Assembly (NCBI RefSeq): GCF_009914755.1
Contig: NC_060927.1
From: the human T2T-CHM13v2.0 reference genome, Homo sapiens
Reading direction: 5' to 3' (one strand)
DNA length: 64,000 nt
Below the pieces are notes generated by a model, which was given only the letters and a program-made list of their open reading frames with translations, was not told the DNA's origin and did not search any database. Below are positions 1 to 22,010 of this stretch, piece by piece (position 1 is the stretch's first letter; every line of letters begins with the position of its first letter). The position numbers and the translations under genes are program-made.

Positions 1-63
1 CCTCCCCCCCATACCCCTCAGCCCCCGCTTTGGTATAAAGGCCATTTTAATATTCATCTAAGC

Positions 64-348
64 CAGCATTTCTCCCATGTTTGTTCCGTTGAACAGTAGT
101 TCCCCGGAATGTTAATACACAGTATATGAAAAAAGGGCTCTATTATTAAGTCAATTCAAGAAATGCTGGATTAAACTAAATGAAACAATTTTTCAGGACA
201 TATTAAACCTTAGAGTGTTAATGTACATTTGAATATAGAAAGAAATATGGCACTCAGCATTCCCCCAAAGTCATTCAGCCACAAAACCCTTTTTTCTCAC
301 ATATGGTTTAGGGCAGATGCTCCACAGAACTTATTTTGGGAAATACTG
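64..348. mobile_element. hAT-Charlie-type non-autonomous DNA transposon (MER112-like)
   Basis: Degenerate terminal inverted repeats CAGCATTTCTCC... / ...TTTGGGAAATACTG, ~285 bp long; subfamily from memory. Confidence 0.55.
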
Positions 349-594
349 GTGCTGTAAACCAAACATAATAGGGAAGATAAGTTGGAGACTTCTATGTAAA
401 CAAATGAAAAATAGCTTTAATAAAGTTTATCTCAAGTGCATTAGAATTAGAATTTCCTTATTTTTCCCTTGGGAATTACTTATCCAGTTGAACATCTACC
501 TTCATGGCTTCTCTTGAAGTGAACACTTAGATGACTTATTTTCACCTGCTTCTCTGTCTACTGTGTGCATCTTTTTTCTTCATGATTTATTATG

Positions 595-810
595 TACTAT
601 GTACCAAGCAATGTTCTTAGTGCTTCACATGCTTTATTTAATTAAAGTCTTACAATAACTGCATGAAATAAGGGCTATTATTATCAATCCCATTTTATAG
701 ATGTGGAAACCGAGGTACAAAGAGATAACTTGCTCAATGTTACGATGCTGGTAAATGGCAGAATAATGAGCCTAGGTGAGGTGATCTGACTCCAGAGTTT
801 GTGCTCTTAG
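595..810 (-). mobile_element. MIR SINE
   Basis: Core motif CCCATTTTATAGATGTGGAAACCGAGG (reverse complement of the MIR core) and flanking MIR-like sequence. Confidence 0.8.
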
Positions 811-1119
811 CTGAAACACTATAGACCCTCACATAGCTATTAATATATTTCCATCTGTCTGTGTTTACAGCTAGCTGGCTCTGTCAATGTGTGCTAATAC
901 AATTTCTTTCCACATATGTTATTCAGCTCTACATAAGGGAAAACTGAATCCCACAGCTCTGGGCTCTCTTGGGCCAGTCATTCTTCCCACATGTGCCATT
1001 CGTCCAATAAAGATTAGATAAGAGCATGTACGTGGCTCAGAACAACAGCAGTTCTTTCATTGCTAGATATAAAGTAAAAATCACTTGACCTGCTGATAGT
1101 GACTTCCTCCTATACAAAG

Positions 1120-1500
1120 TTATGATAATAGCTACCATGTATTAAACACATTGTCTTAGGCACTATTCTAGGCACTTTTAAAAAAATGCTAGCTAAATGT
1201 GCTAGTGAGAATGGGGGAAAGACAACAAGGAGTTCCATCTGTAGCTGACTGGGAATAACCAATTGAGATAACTCACTACGCTCAAACTAGCTTCCAAGCA
1301 CTTTCATTATTGAAGTAAATACAAATTCAATAATTTGTACTGAACAGCACTATGACTCAGGGATCATCATTGTCCCCATTTTACAGATGAGGTGCAAAGG
1401 TTCATTAACTTACCCAAGCCTACCCAGCTTGTAAGTAGCAGAGCTGAGATGCAAATTTAGGCAATCTATTTTCAGAACACAATACCCTTCACCACCCTAG
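1120..1500 (-). mobile_element. MIR SINE split by the Y1 RNA retrocopy
   Basis: CCCCATTTTACAGATGAGG core at ~1374; MIR tail-like sequence at 1120-1178. Confidence 0.7.
1179..1291 (-). pseudogene. Y1 RNA (RNY1-derived) retropseudogene
   Basis: Minus strand reads GCTAGTTTGAGCGTAGTGAGTTATCTCAATTGGTTATTCCCAGTCAGCTACAGATGGAACTCCTTGTT...TTTCCCCCATTCTCACTA...TTTTTT, matching hY1 end to end; 13-bp TSD TTCTAGGCACTTT (1166-1178) / TTCCAAGCACTTT (1292-1304). Confidence 0.92.
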
Positions 1501-1834
1501 CTGTACAATGCTTCTGTGTGTTGACTGAGCTAGGATCTGACCACAAAGTACTAAGCTGTTATCTCATCATTTATAATCATACTTCCTAGTTGAAACTGTG
1601 TCTATGAATGTTTCTGAACACTGTGTGTTTTCTGAATACTATATATGTGCATCTGTGTTAGAATAATGTAATATTTGTACATTTATATGTGTACAGTATT
1701 TATCAAGAATGGAGAAGATTTTGTAGACATACAGGGAAAAGAATGAAGAATCAGGTAAGTAAAAATCATGCACCAGCTACTTAAAGCTAAAGGGAGGTAA
1801 GAAGTGTAAGTAGCTGATTGACACTAGAAGATTC

Positions 1835-2500
1835 AGACTATGTCTTATGCATTTTGTATTCCCAGCATCTAGCATAGTATCTGAAATATAGATATACTCA
1901 ATAAATATTTGTTGCACTCTTTATCAATAATTCCTGGAGGAAGGGACATCTGCTCTAGGTTTGAAAATGAATATGACTTTGCCAGAGCAATCCAAGCAGA
2001 GAGACCAGCCTATACAAAAATCACAGCACCAATAAACAGCATAGCTGAACAATAAGCACTTAAGTTTTGCTAGGCTGGTGTGTTAGAGAGCTAGCCAGAA
2101 TAAATAAAGAGTCTGTATGACCAGCTGGAGAACTAAGACTTCATGCAGGAGACAATGGAGAGCCAATGAAGAATTTTGAATCCGGAGAGGCATAATGAGA
2201 ATTGCATTTTCGAAAGATAAACTTGGCAGCAGTGAGAAGAATGGTGTTTGGGAACTTAGATGAAAGACAGGGAGACTAGTTAGGAAACTGTTACTATAGT
2301 TAAGGTGGGAGAACTGAGGGCCCAAGTCAATAACTGGTGTTGGAAATGGAGCAGAGAGAATATTTTGACAGTTATGTAGAATGTGGAACTGACATAATTG
2401 ATGATCAATTAGTGTGGGGGTTGAGACAAGGATATAGGTTTCTGACTATTGACCCTAGATAGATAGTGATTCCTTTAATGAACATAAACATATAGAAAGA
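1835..2500. mobile_element. L2 LINE fragments (3' end on +, adjacent body fragment on -)
   Basis: L2 3' signature CTCAATAAATATTTGTTG at ~1898; purine-rich antisense L2-like body at 1930-2500. Confidence 0.65.
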
Positions 2501-2769
2501 ATAAAATGTTTTCAAGCACCTCAGACACATTGCGCTAGAGAGTACTGGACCACCAAAATAAAACTCCTAAGGATGGTTGGACACCTTTATTAAGCACAAC
2601 TGGCTGAATGAGGTTTGTAGGAGCTGCATGCCTGTACAGGGAAGTCTGGGTCGGCAGGGACTGAGAGACTTACTTCTTGGCTAGTGGCCTAGAACAAAAC
2701 AATCTGGAGTAAGGATAAAAGCAGGAGGTGGTGGAAGCTAATGAAAGGGGTCTGGGAACAAGTATGTTT

Positions 2770-3700
<931 letters not shown>

Positions 3701-3711
3701 GATAATTTGCA

Positions 3712-4427
<716 letters not shown>

Positions 4428-4429
4428 TT

Positions 4430-5760
<1,331 letters not shown>

Positions 5761-6607
5761 CAAAAACTAGTGACCTTTTACTATAGAATTAAACCAAGTA
5801 TGTTTGTGCCTTGACATTTCCCCTGACATACTGGGTAACCTTACATAAATCACTTTTGTTCAAGTGTGTTTTTAATCTACAAAATGGAAACTGGATGTAA
5901 TAATCTCTTTGGTTCTTTTCACTTCTGGCATTCTACACTTCAAAGGGGAGGGGAGAAGAATCCAGGTTAGGAAGATGTCAGGCTCCCTTAGCTGGAAAAA
6001 GGAATGGAGAACTAAAGTATCTTTAAGGGTGACCTCTCTCAGAGAAAAGTCTTGCTAGGATCCACCCATTCTAAGTAGAAGTGTAGACTCCATGGTCTGC
6101 CAAAAGCCACTTATAAAACCAAGGAACTTTAATTGCACTTGCCATGCACAGCCTAAGAATCTAATTCTTTCAACATTTTATTATAAGGGGAGAAACCAAG
6201 GACAAATGGGGGCTGCATTCCTAGGACTAGAGCCGCAGAGAAGAGGTTCAAGTCCTCAAGTCATAGCAACAAAGGTAGAGTGTCTGAAGTTTGCCACCAC
6301 CTCCTTTGACAACATGAAGCAGGGGGAGGGGAGGGAGAGAGAGAAAATTATTAATCAGTATGGAAACAGACACAATACCACTCAGCCACATGCTTCTCCC
6401 CTTCCCTGTCATTGCCACTTGCCACTGTCCCCACATTCCCCCATCTCTTTGCCACCTCTTCTTGACCAAAATGCAAGAGGCTGTGATTGGTGGATGTGAA
6501 TTCCTTCTGCTGAATCATGCCACCACTCTGCAGCCAACTATGGATGGTTTTAATGGTTTCCCTTTCATTATCTCTGTGAGCTCAGTCCCAGAACAAAGAG
6601 GCAAGGG

Positions 6608-6611
<4 letters not shown>

Positions 6612-6640
<29 letters not shown>
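6612..6640. repeat. (TC)n microsatellite
   Basis: About 14 perfect TC units. Confidence 0.95.
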
Positions 6641-6641
<1 letters not shown>

Positions 6642-7470
6642 AGTGTTTCTTACTCTTCTGGCAAGGCTCAGTTTGATGTTCAGAGTCAGAACTACTCTGA
6701 AATTATGAGGTCAGTCCACATACATCTCGGTTAAGCTCAATGAGGATCAAAATATCCTATTCTTTCCAGCTCACTCCAGAAAGTCTGTTTCAATTAGTAT
6801 TTGGGGAGGCCCAGGAAGCAGTAGCTTATTAAAGTTCCCAGGTGGTTCTAATCTGCAGCCAGAGCTGAGAAGCTAGTTAAAGCATGAGTTGAATGAGAGA
6901 ATGTCTTGCATCTTGGTGACAAAATAGGGCATTCCCCAGGGCAGCCCCTAAATGGAACACTTTCTAACATGTTTTCTATCTCAGCTTCTCTTTGCTAACT
7001 TTCTCTTTTTCGTCGCCTAGAGTGACAGACTAGGAGAGTATCTACTCCAAAGCTCATGGCCCTGAGATGTGTAACATTTCCCCTTTCTTCCTTCTCCACC
7101 AGAACAGCATAACATGTGATATTACATTCAGATGGGAATGAATCTCCGGACATTGCCACAAGTAGCTGCATAACTCTAAATAAGTAACAGTCTCTCTAAA
7201 TATTAGTTTCTTTATTTGTAGCACCAGGGAGTTAACTAGATCAGTAGTTTTCACACTGTGTTCTGAGAATTTCTGACATCCTGTGGAGTACCTAAGGGGT
7301 TGTCTCTGCCAGGGAGGTCAGTTTGAAAAATCACTGGACCAAATGATCCAGAAGTTCTTTTCAGAACCAACATTCTACAACTCAGACTTTGTGGGAATAG
7401 ACTGATGCTTACCACCAAAGTCTACCACAACTATATGCTTTGAGGCCTGCCACAGATTACATTTATCAAC

Positions 7471-7836
7471 TGCTAGAGACTGAATATTTCTGTGCCCCCA
7501 AATTCATATGTTGAAACCTAGTCCCCAAGGTGATGGTATTTGGAGATGGGATCTTTGGGAAGTGATTAGGTCATGAGGTTGGAGCCCTCATGAATGGGAT
7601 TAGTGCCCTTATAAGAGAGACCCCCAAAAAACTCTCTGACCATTTCTGCCATGTAAGAACTCAGAGAGAAGATAGCCATCTATGAACCAGGAAGTCTGTC
7701 CTCACCAGACATTGAATCTGCCAGAATCTTGATCTTGGACTTCACAGCCTTCAGAACTATGAGAAACAAATTTCTGTTGTTTATAAACCATCCAGTCTAT
7801 AGTAGTTTTTTATAGCAGCCCAAATGCAATAGGACA
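7471..7836 (+). mobile_element. MLT1A-type MaLR solo LTR
   Basis: TG...CA termini; AATTCATATGTTGAAACCTAGTCCCC motif; TSD TCAAC/CCAAC. Confidence 0.85.
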
Positions 7837-7949
7837 CCAACCCTGGGTCTAAAGCAGACATTACACACTGGCTACTTTCATGCCAAATTGCACACATACT
7901 TGTTTTCTTTCTTGCTGGATGAGTACTGTTTATTTCCTTGATATCTTAA

Positions 7950-10260
7950 CAATTTTTTAAAATTGAAGTATAAGGCAATTCTGAAATATGTACAAATCAG
8001 TAATGCATGGCTGAATGAGCCATCACAATGTAAATATACCTTTGCAACCACCACTCAGGACAAAATATAGAACAGAAGCTCCCTCTTGTAACTCTCTTGT
8101 AACCCTGCTTAATTATTCCCTCCTTGCTTCTCCCCAAAGGTAACCACCATTTTGACTTCTTATATTTTAGATTGGCTTTGCCTCCTTTTAACATTTATAT
8201 AAAACAACAATGTAGTACACATTCTGGGGGTTTATCTCTTTTGCTTAATATGTTGGTGAGATTCTTCTGTGTTTTGCATGTATTTGTAGTTTGTTTTCAT
8301 TTCTGAATAGTATTCCATTGTATTAGAATATACTGCAATGTGTTTATCCATTCTATTATTGACAGACATTTGATTTCTGCTAATTGGCTATTATGAATAA
8401 TGATGCTATAAACATTCTTTGACATGTTACATTGTTTTGAGGGTCACCCATCCATCCATTTTTGCTTCTATAGTTCAGGGTAAAATTGTTTGGTCATAGG
8501 ATATGTATGGTGATCTTAAGATATGTCCATAAATTCTTCAACCCTCCTCCCTTGAAAAGGAGGAGACTAAATCCATGACCCTCAAGTGTGGGCTGGACTT
8601 AGTGACTTGCTTCTAGTACATAGAATAGCAGAAGTGGTAGTGTATTACCTCCAGGCCTAGGTCATAAAAGGTACTATAGCTTCTTCCTTGTCCACTCTGG
8701 GAAAAGTCATTTGCCATGTCATGAGAATGCTCAAGCAGTACTATGGAAAGTCCACATGGTGAGAAAGGATGGCTCACTCCCATCTGAGGAACCAAGAATT
8801 TCTGCCAATAATCAAGGGAGTGAGCCATCTTAAAAAGGAATGTTCCAGCTGCAGTCCAGTCTTCGGAAGAAATGCCACCTTGACTTCTAACTCATGAGAG
8901 ACACTAAGTTAAAAACCATACAGCCAAGCTGCTGTCAAATTCCTGACACACAGAAACAGTGAGGAAACATGTTTGTTGTTTTAAATCATTAAGTCTTAGG
9001 GTACTTTGTTATGTGGCAATAGATAACCAATGTAGTATGCATATGTTCAAACTTAGTAGGATATGCCAAAGATTTTTCCAAATTTACCTACACATTTTCA
9101 GTGTTTGAGATTTTTAGTTGTTCCACATCCTTGGCAACATTTGGAGCTAACAGTCTTTTCAATTATAGCTCTGCTGGTGGGTGTGAGATGGTATTTTGCT
9201 GTGGTTTAATTTGCATTTCCCTAATGACTAATAGCATTGAACACTTCATGTTTATTGGACTCTTGAACTTTTGGATATCCTTTCTTGAGTCTCGGTGGAA
9301 TCTTTTGTTTTTTTATTTATTCACTTTCCTTTTTCTTACTGGAGTTTGTAGAAGTTTCTTATGTGTCCTGGATATAGTGCCTTTGTGATTTTACAAGTTC
9401 AAAGTACCTTCTCTCAATTAGTGACTTGCCATTTTGCTCTCTTAATGCTATTGTTTGATAAACAGATATTTTTATTATTTATTTTAATAAAGTTTAATTT
9501 ATCAATCTTTTCCTTTAAAGTCCTCAAGATTTTTGTGTTTTATATAAGGAATGCTGTATTCCCCAGGTCATGAAGATTTTTTTCTTTAGTATCTCCTAAT
9601 ACTATTATATTTTGCCTCTTACGTTTAGATCTACAATCCACGTGGAACTGAGCTGTGAGATAGGGGTTAAGTTTAATTATTGTTTCTCTTATGGATAAAC
9701 AATTTTCTGAGCACATTTTCATTGAAAATGAAATTTATTCCCTGCTGCCCAGCAGTGTCACCTTTACCCCAAATCAAGTGACCATACATGTGTAAATCTG
9801 ATTCTGGATTCTCTTCCATTGGTCTATTTGCCTGTCCTTGTGCCAGTATCACACTCTTTTAACTATTATGACTCTACAAAAGTCTTGATATCTACCAGAA
9901 CAAGTCCTTCCACCTCATTTTTCTTCTTTAAGAATGATTTAACTATTCTTGGTTCTTTGCATTTCTACATAGATTTTAGAATTGGCTTGTCAATTTCCAT
10001 AAAAATCGCTAGGGTTTTCACTGGGATTGCATTAAATCAATAGATCAATTTGGGAAGAATTGGAATTTTTATGTTATTAAGCCTTCCAATGTAAGAACTT
10101 AAAAGAAATTTCACATACCCTTTATGTTAAATAGTATTGTTTAATTTTTAACATTTTATTTGTTGTTGGTATATAGAGGTACAGTTGATTTTTAAATATA
10201 TTGACCACAAGGTTAAATCCAGTAACTTCTTGTGTCTGGTTAATTTTCATTGAGTTCTAG
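7950..10260 (-). mobile_element. Ancient L1M (3' UTR/ORF2), split by an MLT1 LTR
   Basis: T-rich antisense L1 motifs such as TTTAATTTGCATTTCCCTAATGACT and GGGATTGCATTAAATC. Confidence 0.8.
8506..9034 (+). mobile_element. MLT1F/E-type MaLR solo LTR
   Basis: GGGCTGGACTTAGTGACTTGCTT motif; 3' end TTGTTATGTGGCAATAGATAACCAATGTA; TSD ATATG/GTATG. Confidence 0.8.
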
Positions 10261-10658
10261 AAATTATATATTAAAAGTTATAGATATTAGTTCTGATTTC
10301 ACTTCAGAGATGTAGAGAGCTAGAAAGAGAGTTATTTTCATCCATATGACAAGAAAATCCTGGACAAACTGCAAACAAATGAAATTTCTTGAATCCCTAA
10401 GAGAACTGAGGTCACAGGGCAAAAATTCAACAAAATCTGGAAAAAGCAAGCTCATATACAGAAAAACAAGACCAGAGCATTTTATTACCTTAGCTGATGC
10501 TTCCAGATGCCATGTAAGCCAGTAACAAGAATCAAGCTAGAAAACTTTAATAAATTTTTAAATGCTAAGTATGGGCTAGTGTAATACAGTAAACCCCTTA
10601 GTGTTCACACTTTCTCGCAGGTTTTTTGTTGTTGTTGTTGTTTTTTCTATAAGAATCC

Positions 10659-11012
10659 TGTATTAGTCTGTTTTCATGCTGCTGATAAAGACATACCCGA
10701 GACTGGGGAATTTACAAAAGAAAGAGGCTTAATTGGACTTACAGTTCCACATGGCTAGGGAAGCCTCACAATCATGGCAGAAAGCAAGGAGGAGCAGGTC
10801 ACATCTTATGTGGATGGCAGCAGGCAAAGAGAGAGCTGTGCAGGGGAACACCCCTTTTTGAAACCATCAGATGTTGTGAGACTCATTCACTGTCATGAGA
10901 ACAGGATGGGAAAGACCTGCCCCCATGATTCAGTCACCTCCCACTGGGTCCCTCCCACAACGTGTGGGAATTCAAGATGAGATTTTGGTAGGGACACAGC
11001 CAAACCATATCA
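10659..11012 (-). mobile_element. THE1 (B/C-like) solo LTR
   Basis: TGTATTAGTCTGTTTTCATGCTGCTGATAAAGACATACCCGAGACTGG...CAAACCATATCA; perfect 5-bp TSD AATCC. Confidence 0.93.
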
Positions 11013-11446
11013 AATCCCACTAGGAGCTCAAGAGAAAAATTGGAAAAAATTCTTAGAAAGTTTTCATCACCAGGCTGGCTTGGTGAGGGGACAGCAACTA
11101 CTGCCAAAACTCTGCCCAGACTCATCTACTCTATCTTCCCTATGGAACAGAACGCTTACTCTGTAGGCATAAAGGAAACAAAAATTTCGTTCTTAGGGTG
11201 CTTGTGGCAACCCATTGCCACTGGGGGAGGAAAACAAGAAAAAAAAGTTTATCCCTGGGAGAAGGGCAAGTATAAGTTCTAGGCTTAGTACTAGAGCTAG
11301 AGGAGGGCTTGTAACACCAGTGAAGGCCCCCCATGAAGCAGGTTCACAATGCCTGATTAGAATGGAAACCTAGGATAATCACTCTATGGTTCTCCCTATG
11401 TATACATTAATAAATCTGTATGCCTTTTCCCCAAAAAAAAGACACC

Positions 11447-14146
<2,700 letters not shown>

Positions 14147-14159
14147 AAACCTGATCAGA

Positions 14160-15850
14160 ACATCAGAGAACTTTCCCCCACCATCATAACCACTCTAATA
14201 AACCAAGTAAAATAAGAACAGAATATAGCTCAGAGAGTTGCAAGAGACAAATTCATTCTGTGGAGCAGTGTGAAGGGAAGATCCAAAACAAAGCAGGGAA
14301 ACACAAAACCAAGTGGGGAGCAGACATTTAGAGAAACACTCTGGCAAATAGCCCATACCCTAGCACAGGTATTACTAAAGAAATTTGAAGCCTATAGTGC
14401 ACTGAGGTCAATGATACTAACAACAAACTTCAAATCCAACTGAACTCCACGCTAAATTAATGTAAATCCCCATACTACTAAAGGCCTTGCAGAAGAAAAG
14501 GCATGTTTATCTGCAGCATAGAATATATTTACCTCAGTATTTACTATCTTATACAACACGTCTAACTTGCAACAAAAAACTATAAGGCACACAAAATGGC
14601 AAGAAATAACAAAATTTGAAGAGACAAAGGAATCATCAGAATCAGATACAGATATAACAAAGATGTTGGAATTAACTGACATGGAATTTAAAATAGCTAT
14701 AATTAATATATCAAATGACTTATTGGAAAGGGTAAATAGCATGTAAGCTCAGACAGATATTTTCAGCAGAAAGACAAAAACTATAAGAGAGAATCAATAG
14801 AAATGCTAGATATAAAAAATTGCATGGACAGAAATAAATAATGCCTTAAACCAGCCTGTCAGACCAGAGCAAAAGAAAGGGAACTTCTGATCTGATCACC
14901 ATACATTATGTGTAGCAAAATATTGTTATCTACCCTGTGTGTAAAATTATTAATTGCCAATTAAAAAATAAAATTTTGAAAAAATTTTAAAAAGAAAGAG
15001 AACTTGAAAATAGGTCAACAGAAATTACACAAACAGATATGCAGAGAGGAAAAAGAGAGTGAAAATAAAACACAGAACCACCAAGAGCTGGAGGAAAACA
15101 TCAAGTGATATAACATACACGTACTGAAATTTAAGAGGATCAGAGAGACAGAATATAAGACATAAGAAATATCTGAAGAAATAATAACCAAGAATTTGCT
15201 AAAATTAATAGCATGCCTCCAACCACAGGTCTAAGAAGCCCAGAGAACACCAGGAAGTATAAATACCAAAAACCAAAAGCAAAAAACTCACTTCTAGGTA
15301 CGTTAGATTCAAACCACTAAAAACCAAAGACAGAAAATTTTAAAAGTAGCCAGAGAGAAAAAGATATTACACGTAGAGGAAAAAAGATATTACACGTAGA
15401 AAAACAAGATAAGAATTACAGCAGACATTTTCTTCCAGAAACCATGTAAGTAAGAAGACAGTAAAGGGATATATTTAAAGTGCTGTAAGAAAGAAAACTG
15501 TTGACCCCATGTTCTTTATGCAGCAAAAATATTTTTCAGAAGCAATGGAGAAATAAAGACTTTTTCAGACAAATACTGGTAAAATTCATTGCCAGCAGAC
15601 ATACACTGCAAGAAATTTTAAAAGAAAAAAAGTTTTTCAGGCAGAAGAAATATGATGTATAATATGGGTTAGAAACTAGAATATACACGAAGAAATGAAG
15701 AGATTTGAAAACAGAATAAATGAGGGTAAGATAAAATTTATTGTTACTTATATTTCAATGTGCTAAAAGAATTGATTGTTTAAAGCAAAATTATAACAAT
15801 GTATTATGTGTTTATAACATGGGTAAAAATAAAATAAATGATAATAGCAC
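14160..15850 (+). mobile_element. Ancient L1M ORF1 region
   Basis: A-rich decayed ORF1 motifs (GAAGCCCAGAGAACACCA, AGAATTACAGCAGAC, GGAGAAATAAAGACTTTTTCAGAC). Confidence 0.75.
14887..14989 (+). mobile_element. Extremely 5'-truncated L1 (L1MA-like 3' tail, ~100 bp)
   Basis: CTGATCTGATCACCATACATTATG tail plus A-rich end; 16-bp TSD AAAAGAAAGGGAACTT (14871-14886) / AAAAGAAAGAGAACTT (14990-15005). Confidence 0.75.
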
Positions 15851-16419
15851 AATTGTAAAATTTACTGACAAGTTCTTAAAAGACTCAGTTAAAGAGAGAC
15901 TACTTTTTAAAATACCATAAAATTACTTCAGAATGTAAATAGAAAGAATAATTACTATGACTTTTGAAGATTTTGAAAATAAATTAATAAGAGATAGCCT
16001 TAATGGATACTAAAATTATTATAAGATATTTTAAATCTATGTTAATTAAGAGTATGATACATAATTGCCCCCAAGCTGTATATTATTTCACATACATGAA
16101 AGATTTTATAATATTACTAAGAAAACATCACAAATCAGTGGAGGAGTAAACCAGAATTAAACAAATAACAAGGGAACAACTGGTTTAAAATGAGGGAAAG
16201 GATTTATTTACATTCTCACCTCACCAACTTAGTAAAGTCAATTTTACATAAAGTTACATGTAAAACTGCAATCTTGGAAACCAAAAAAAGATAAAATTGA
16301 AAAATTTTATTTCAAGTTGGGAAATGGGTTTTGTCAGATTCAAAGGGGTTGGAAGAAGTTGCATAAAAAATATCCATAGTTTTACTAAAAATATATAAAA
16401 TATCTGAATTTAAAAAATG

Positions 16420-17133
16420 TCTTAATGCAAACATGTTTGGAAAGGAAAATATAAAAAATAATATCTTAGAAAACTGAAGAAAAACAGTAAACTTGGAGGA
16501 CTGATACACCTAACTTCAAGACTTATTATAAAGCTACAGTAGTCAAGACAGTGTGGTATTAGCAAAAGAATAGATTATAGATCAATAGAGAGCCCAGAAA
16601 TAGACCTACAAAAATACAGTCAAGTGATATTTGACAAAGGAGCAAATGGTATACAATGAAGAAGATATCATTTTCAACAAATAATGCTAGAACAACTGGA
16701 AATCCAGATGCAAAAAAAAAAAAAGAAAAAAAAAAAACAAGAATTAGCTCAAAATGGGTCATAGGCCTAAATTTAAAATGAAAAACTGCAATACTAGAAG
16801 ATGACATAAAAGAAAATATAGATGACCTTGGGTCCATTCATGACTGTGTGGGTACAACACCAAAGTCACAATGCATGAAAGAAAGAATTGATGAGTTACA
16901 CTTTATTAAAATTAAAAATCTCTGCTTTGTGAAAGACACCATCAAGAGTGTGAAAAGACAAGACACAGACTGGGAGAAAATATTTGCAAAAGACATATTT
17001 AATTTTTAAAAAACTGTTATCCGAAATATATAAAGAACTCCTAAAACTCAGCAATAGGAAAATGAACCACTGATTTAAAATGGGTCAAAAACCTTAACAG
17101 ACACCTTACCAAAGAAGATATGCAGATGGCAAA
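16420..17133 (+). mobile_element. Old L1M ORF2 3' fragment
   Basis: TTCAAGACTTATTATAAAGCTACAGTAGTCAAGACAGTGTGGTAT = FKTYYKATVVKTVWY motif. Confidence 0.85.
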
Positions 17134-17532
17134 TGCTGTGCTTTGAATGTATCCCCCCAAAAGCCAGGGTTGGAAACTTAATTACCAATGTAACAGTGTT
17201 GGGAGATGGGGCCTAATGGGATAATTTTAGGTCATGAGGACTCCCTCCCTTATGAATGGATGAATGTCATTATCACAGGAGTGGGTTTGTTATCACTGCC
17301 ATAAGTTTGTTATAAAAGTGAATTAGGTCCCTTTTTGTTCTCTCTCACTGTCTCCCTGTCTTGCCCTTCTGCCTTCTGCCATGGGATGATGCAGCAAGAA
17401 GCCCCTTGAAAGATGCTGACAACTTGTTATTGGACTTCCCAGCATGTGAAGCCATGAGAAATAAATTTCTATTGTTTATAAATTACACAGTTTCAGGTAG
17501 TCTGTTATAGCAGCACAAAACAGACTAAGATG
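17134..17532 (+). mobile_element. MST-family (MSTB/C/D-like) solo LTR
   Basis: TGCTGTGCTTTGAATGTATCCCCCCAA start; TGTTATAGCAGCACAAAACAGACTAAGAT end. Confidence 0.85.
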
Positions 17533-18121
17533 GCTATCTTTCCATTTATCTTTGTCTTCTTAATTTCTTTCATTGATGCTTTGCAGTTTTCAGCATATAG
17601 GTCTTTTACCTTTTTGTTTAAGTTTATTCCTAAGTTTTTAAGAAATTTTGGTGCTATTATAAATTGAATTGTTTTCTTAATTTCCTTTGCAGGTTGTTCA
17701 TTGTTAGTGTATAGAAAAGCAACTGATTTTTGTGTGTTGATTTCGTATCTTGCAACTTTACTGAATTCATTTATTAGATTTAACTTTTTTTTTTCTGGTG
17801 GAATCTTTAGAGCTTTCTATATATAAGATCACATCATCTGTGAACACAGATAATGTTACTTCTTCCTTTCCAATTTGAATGCCCTTTATTTCTTTTTCTT
17901 TTTTTTTTTTATTATTATTATACTTTAAGTTTTAGGGTACATGTGCACATTGTGCAGGTTAGTTACATATGTATACATGTGCCATGCTGGTGCGCTGCAC
18001 CCACTAACTCGTCATCTAGCATTAGGTATATCTCCCAATGCTATCCCTCCCCCCTCCCCCCACCCCACCACAGTCCCCAGAGTGTGATATTCCCCTTCCT
18101 GTGTCCATGTGATCTCATTGT

Positions 18122-21947
<3,826 letters not shown>

Positions 21948-22010
21948 TATGATGTTAGCTGGTTATTTTGCTCGTTAGTTGATGCAGTTTCTTCCTAGTC
22001 TCGATGGTCT

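Noticed and set aside
6092-6734. Overlapping 135-aa and 124-aa ORFs
   Set aside because: No recognisable domain, one runs through a (TC)n microsatellite, and there is no exon-structure evidence
15358-15400. 23-bp-period tandem duplication (AAAAAGATATTACACGTAGA twice)
   Set aside because: Ordinary slippage inside a dead L1; a similar trivial duplication is at ~40247-40288
17134-17532. MST LTR between oppositely oriented L1 fragments as a recombination scar
   Set aside because: Flanks GCAAA/GCTAT could be a decayed 5-bp TSD; cannot be distinguished by eye
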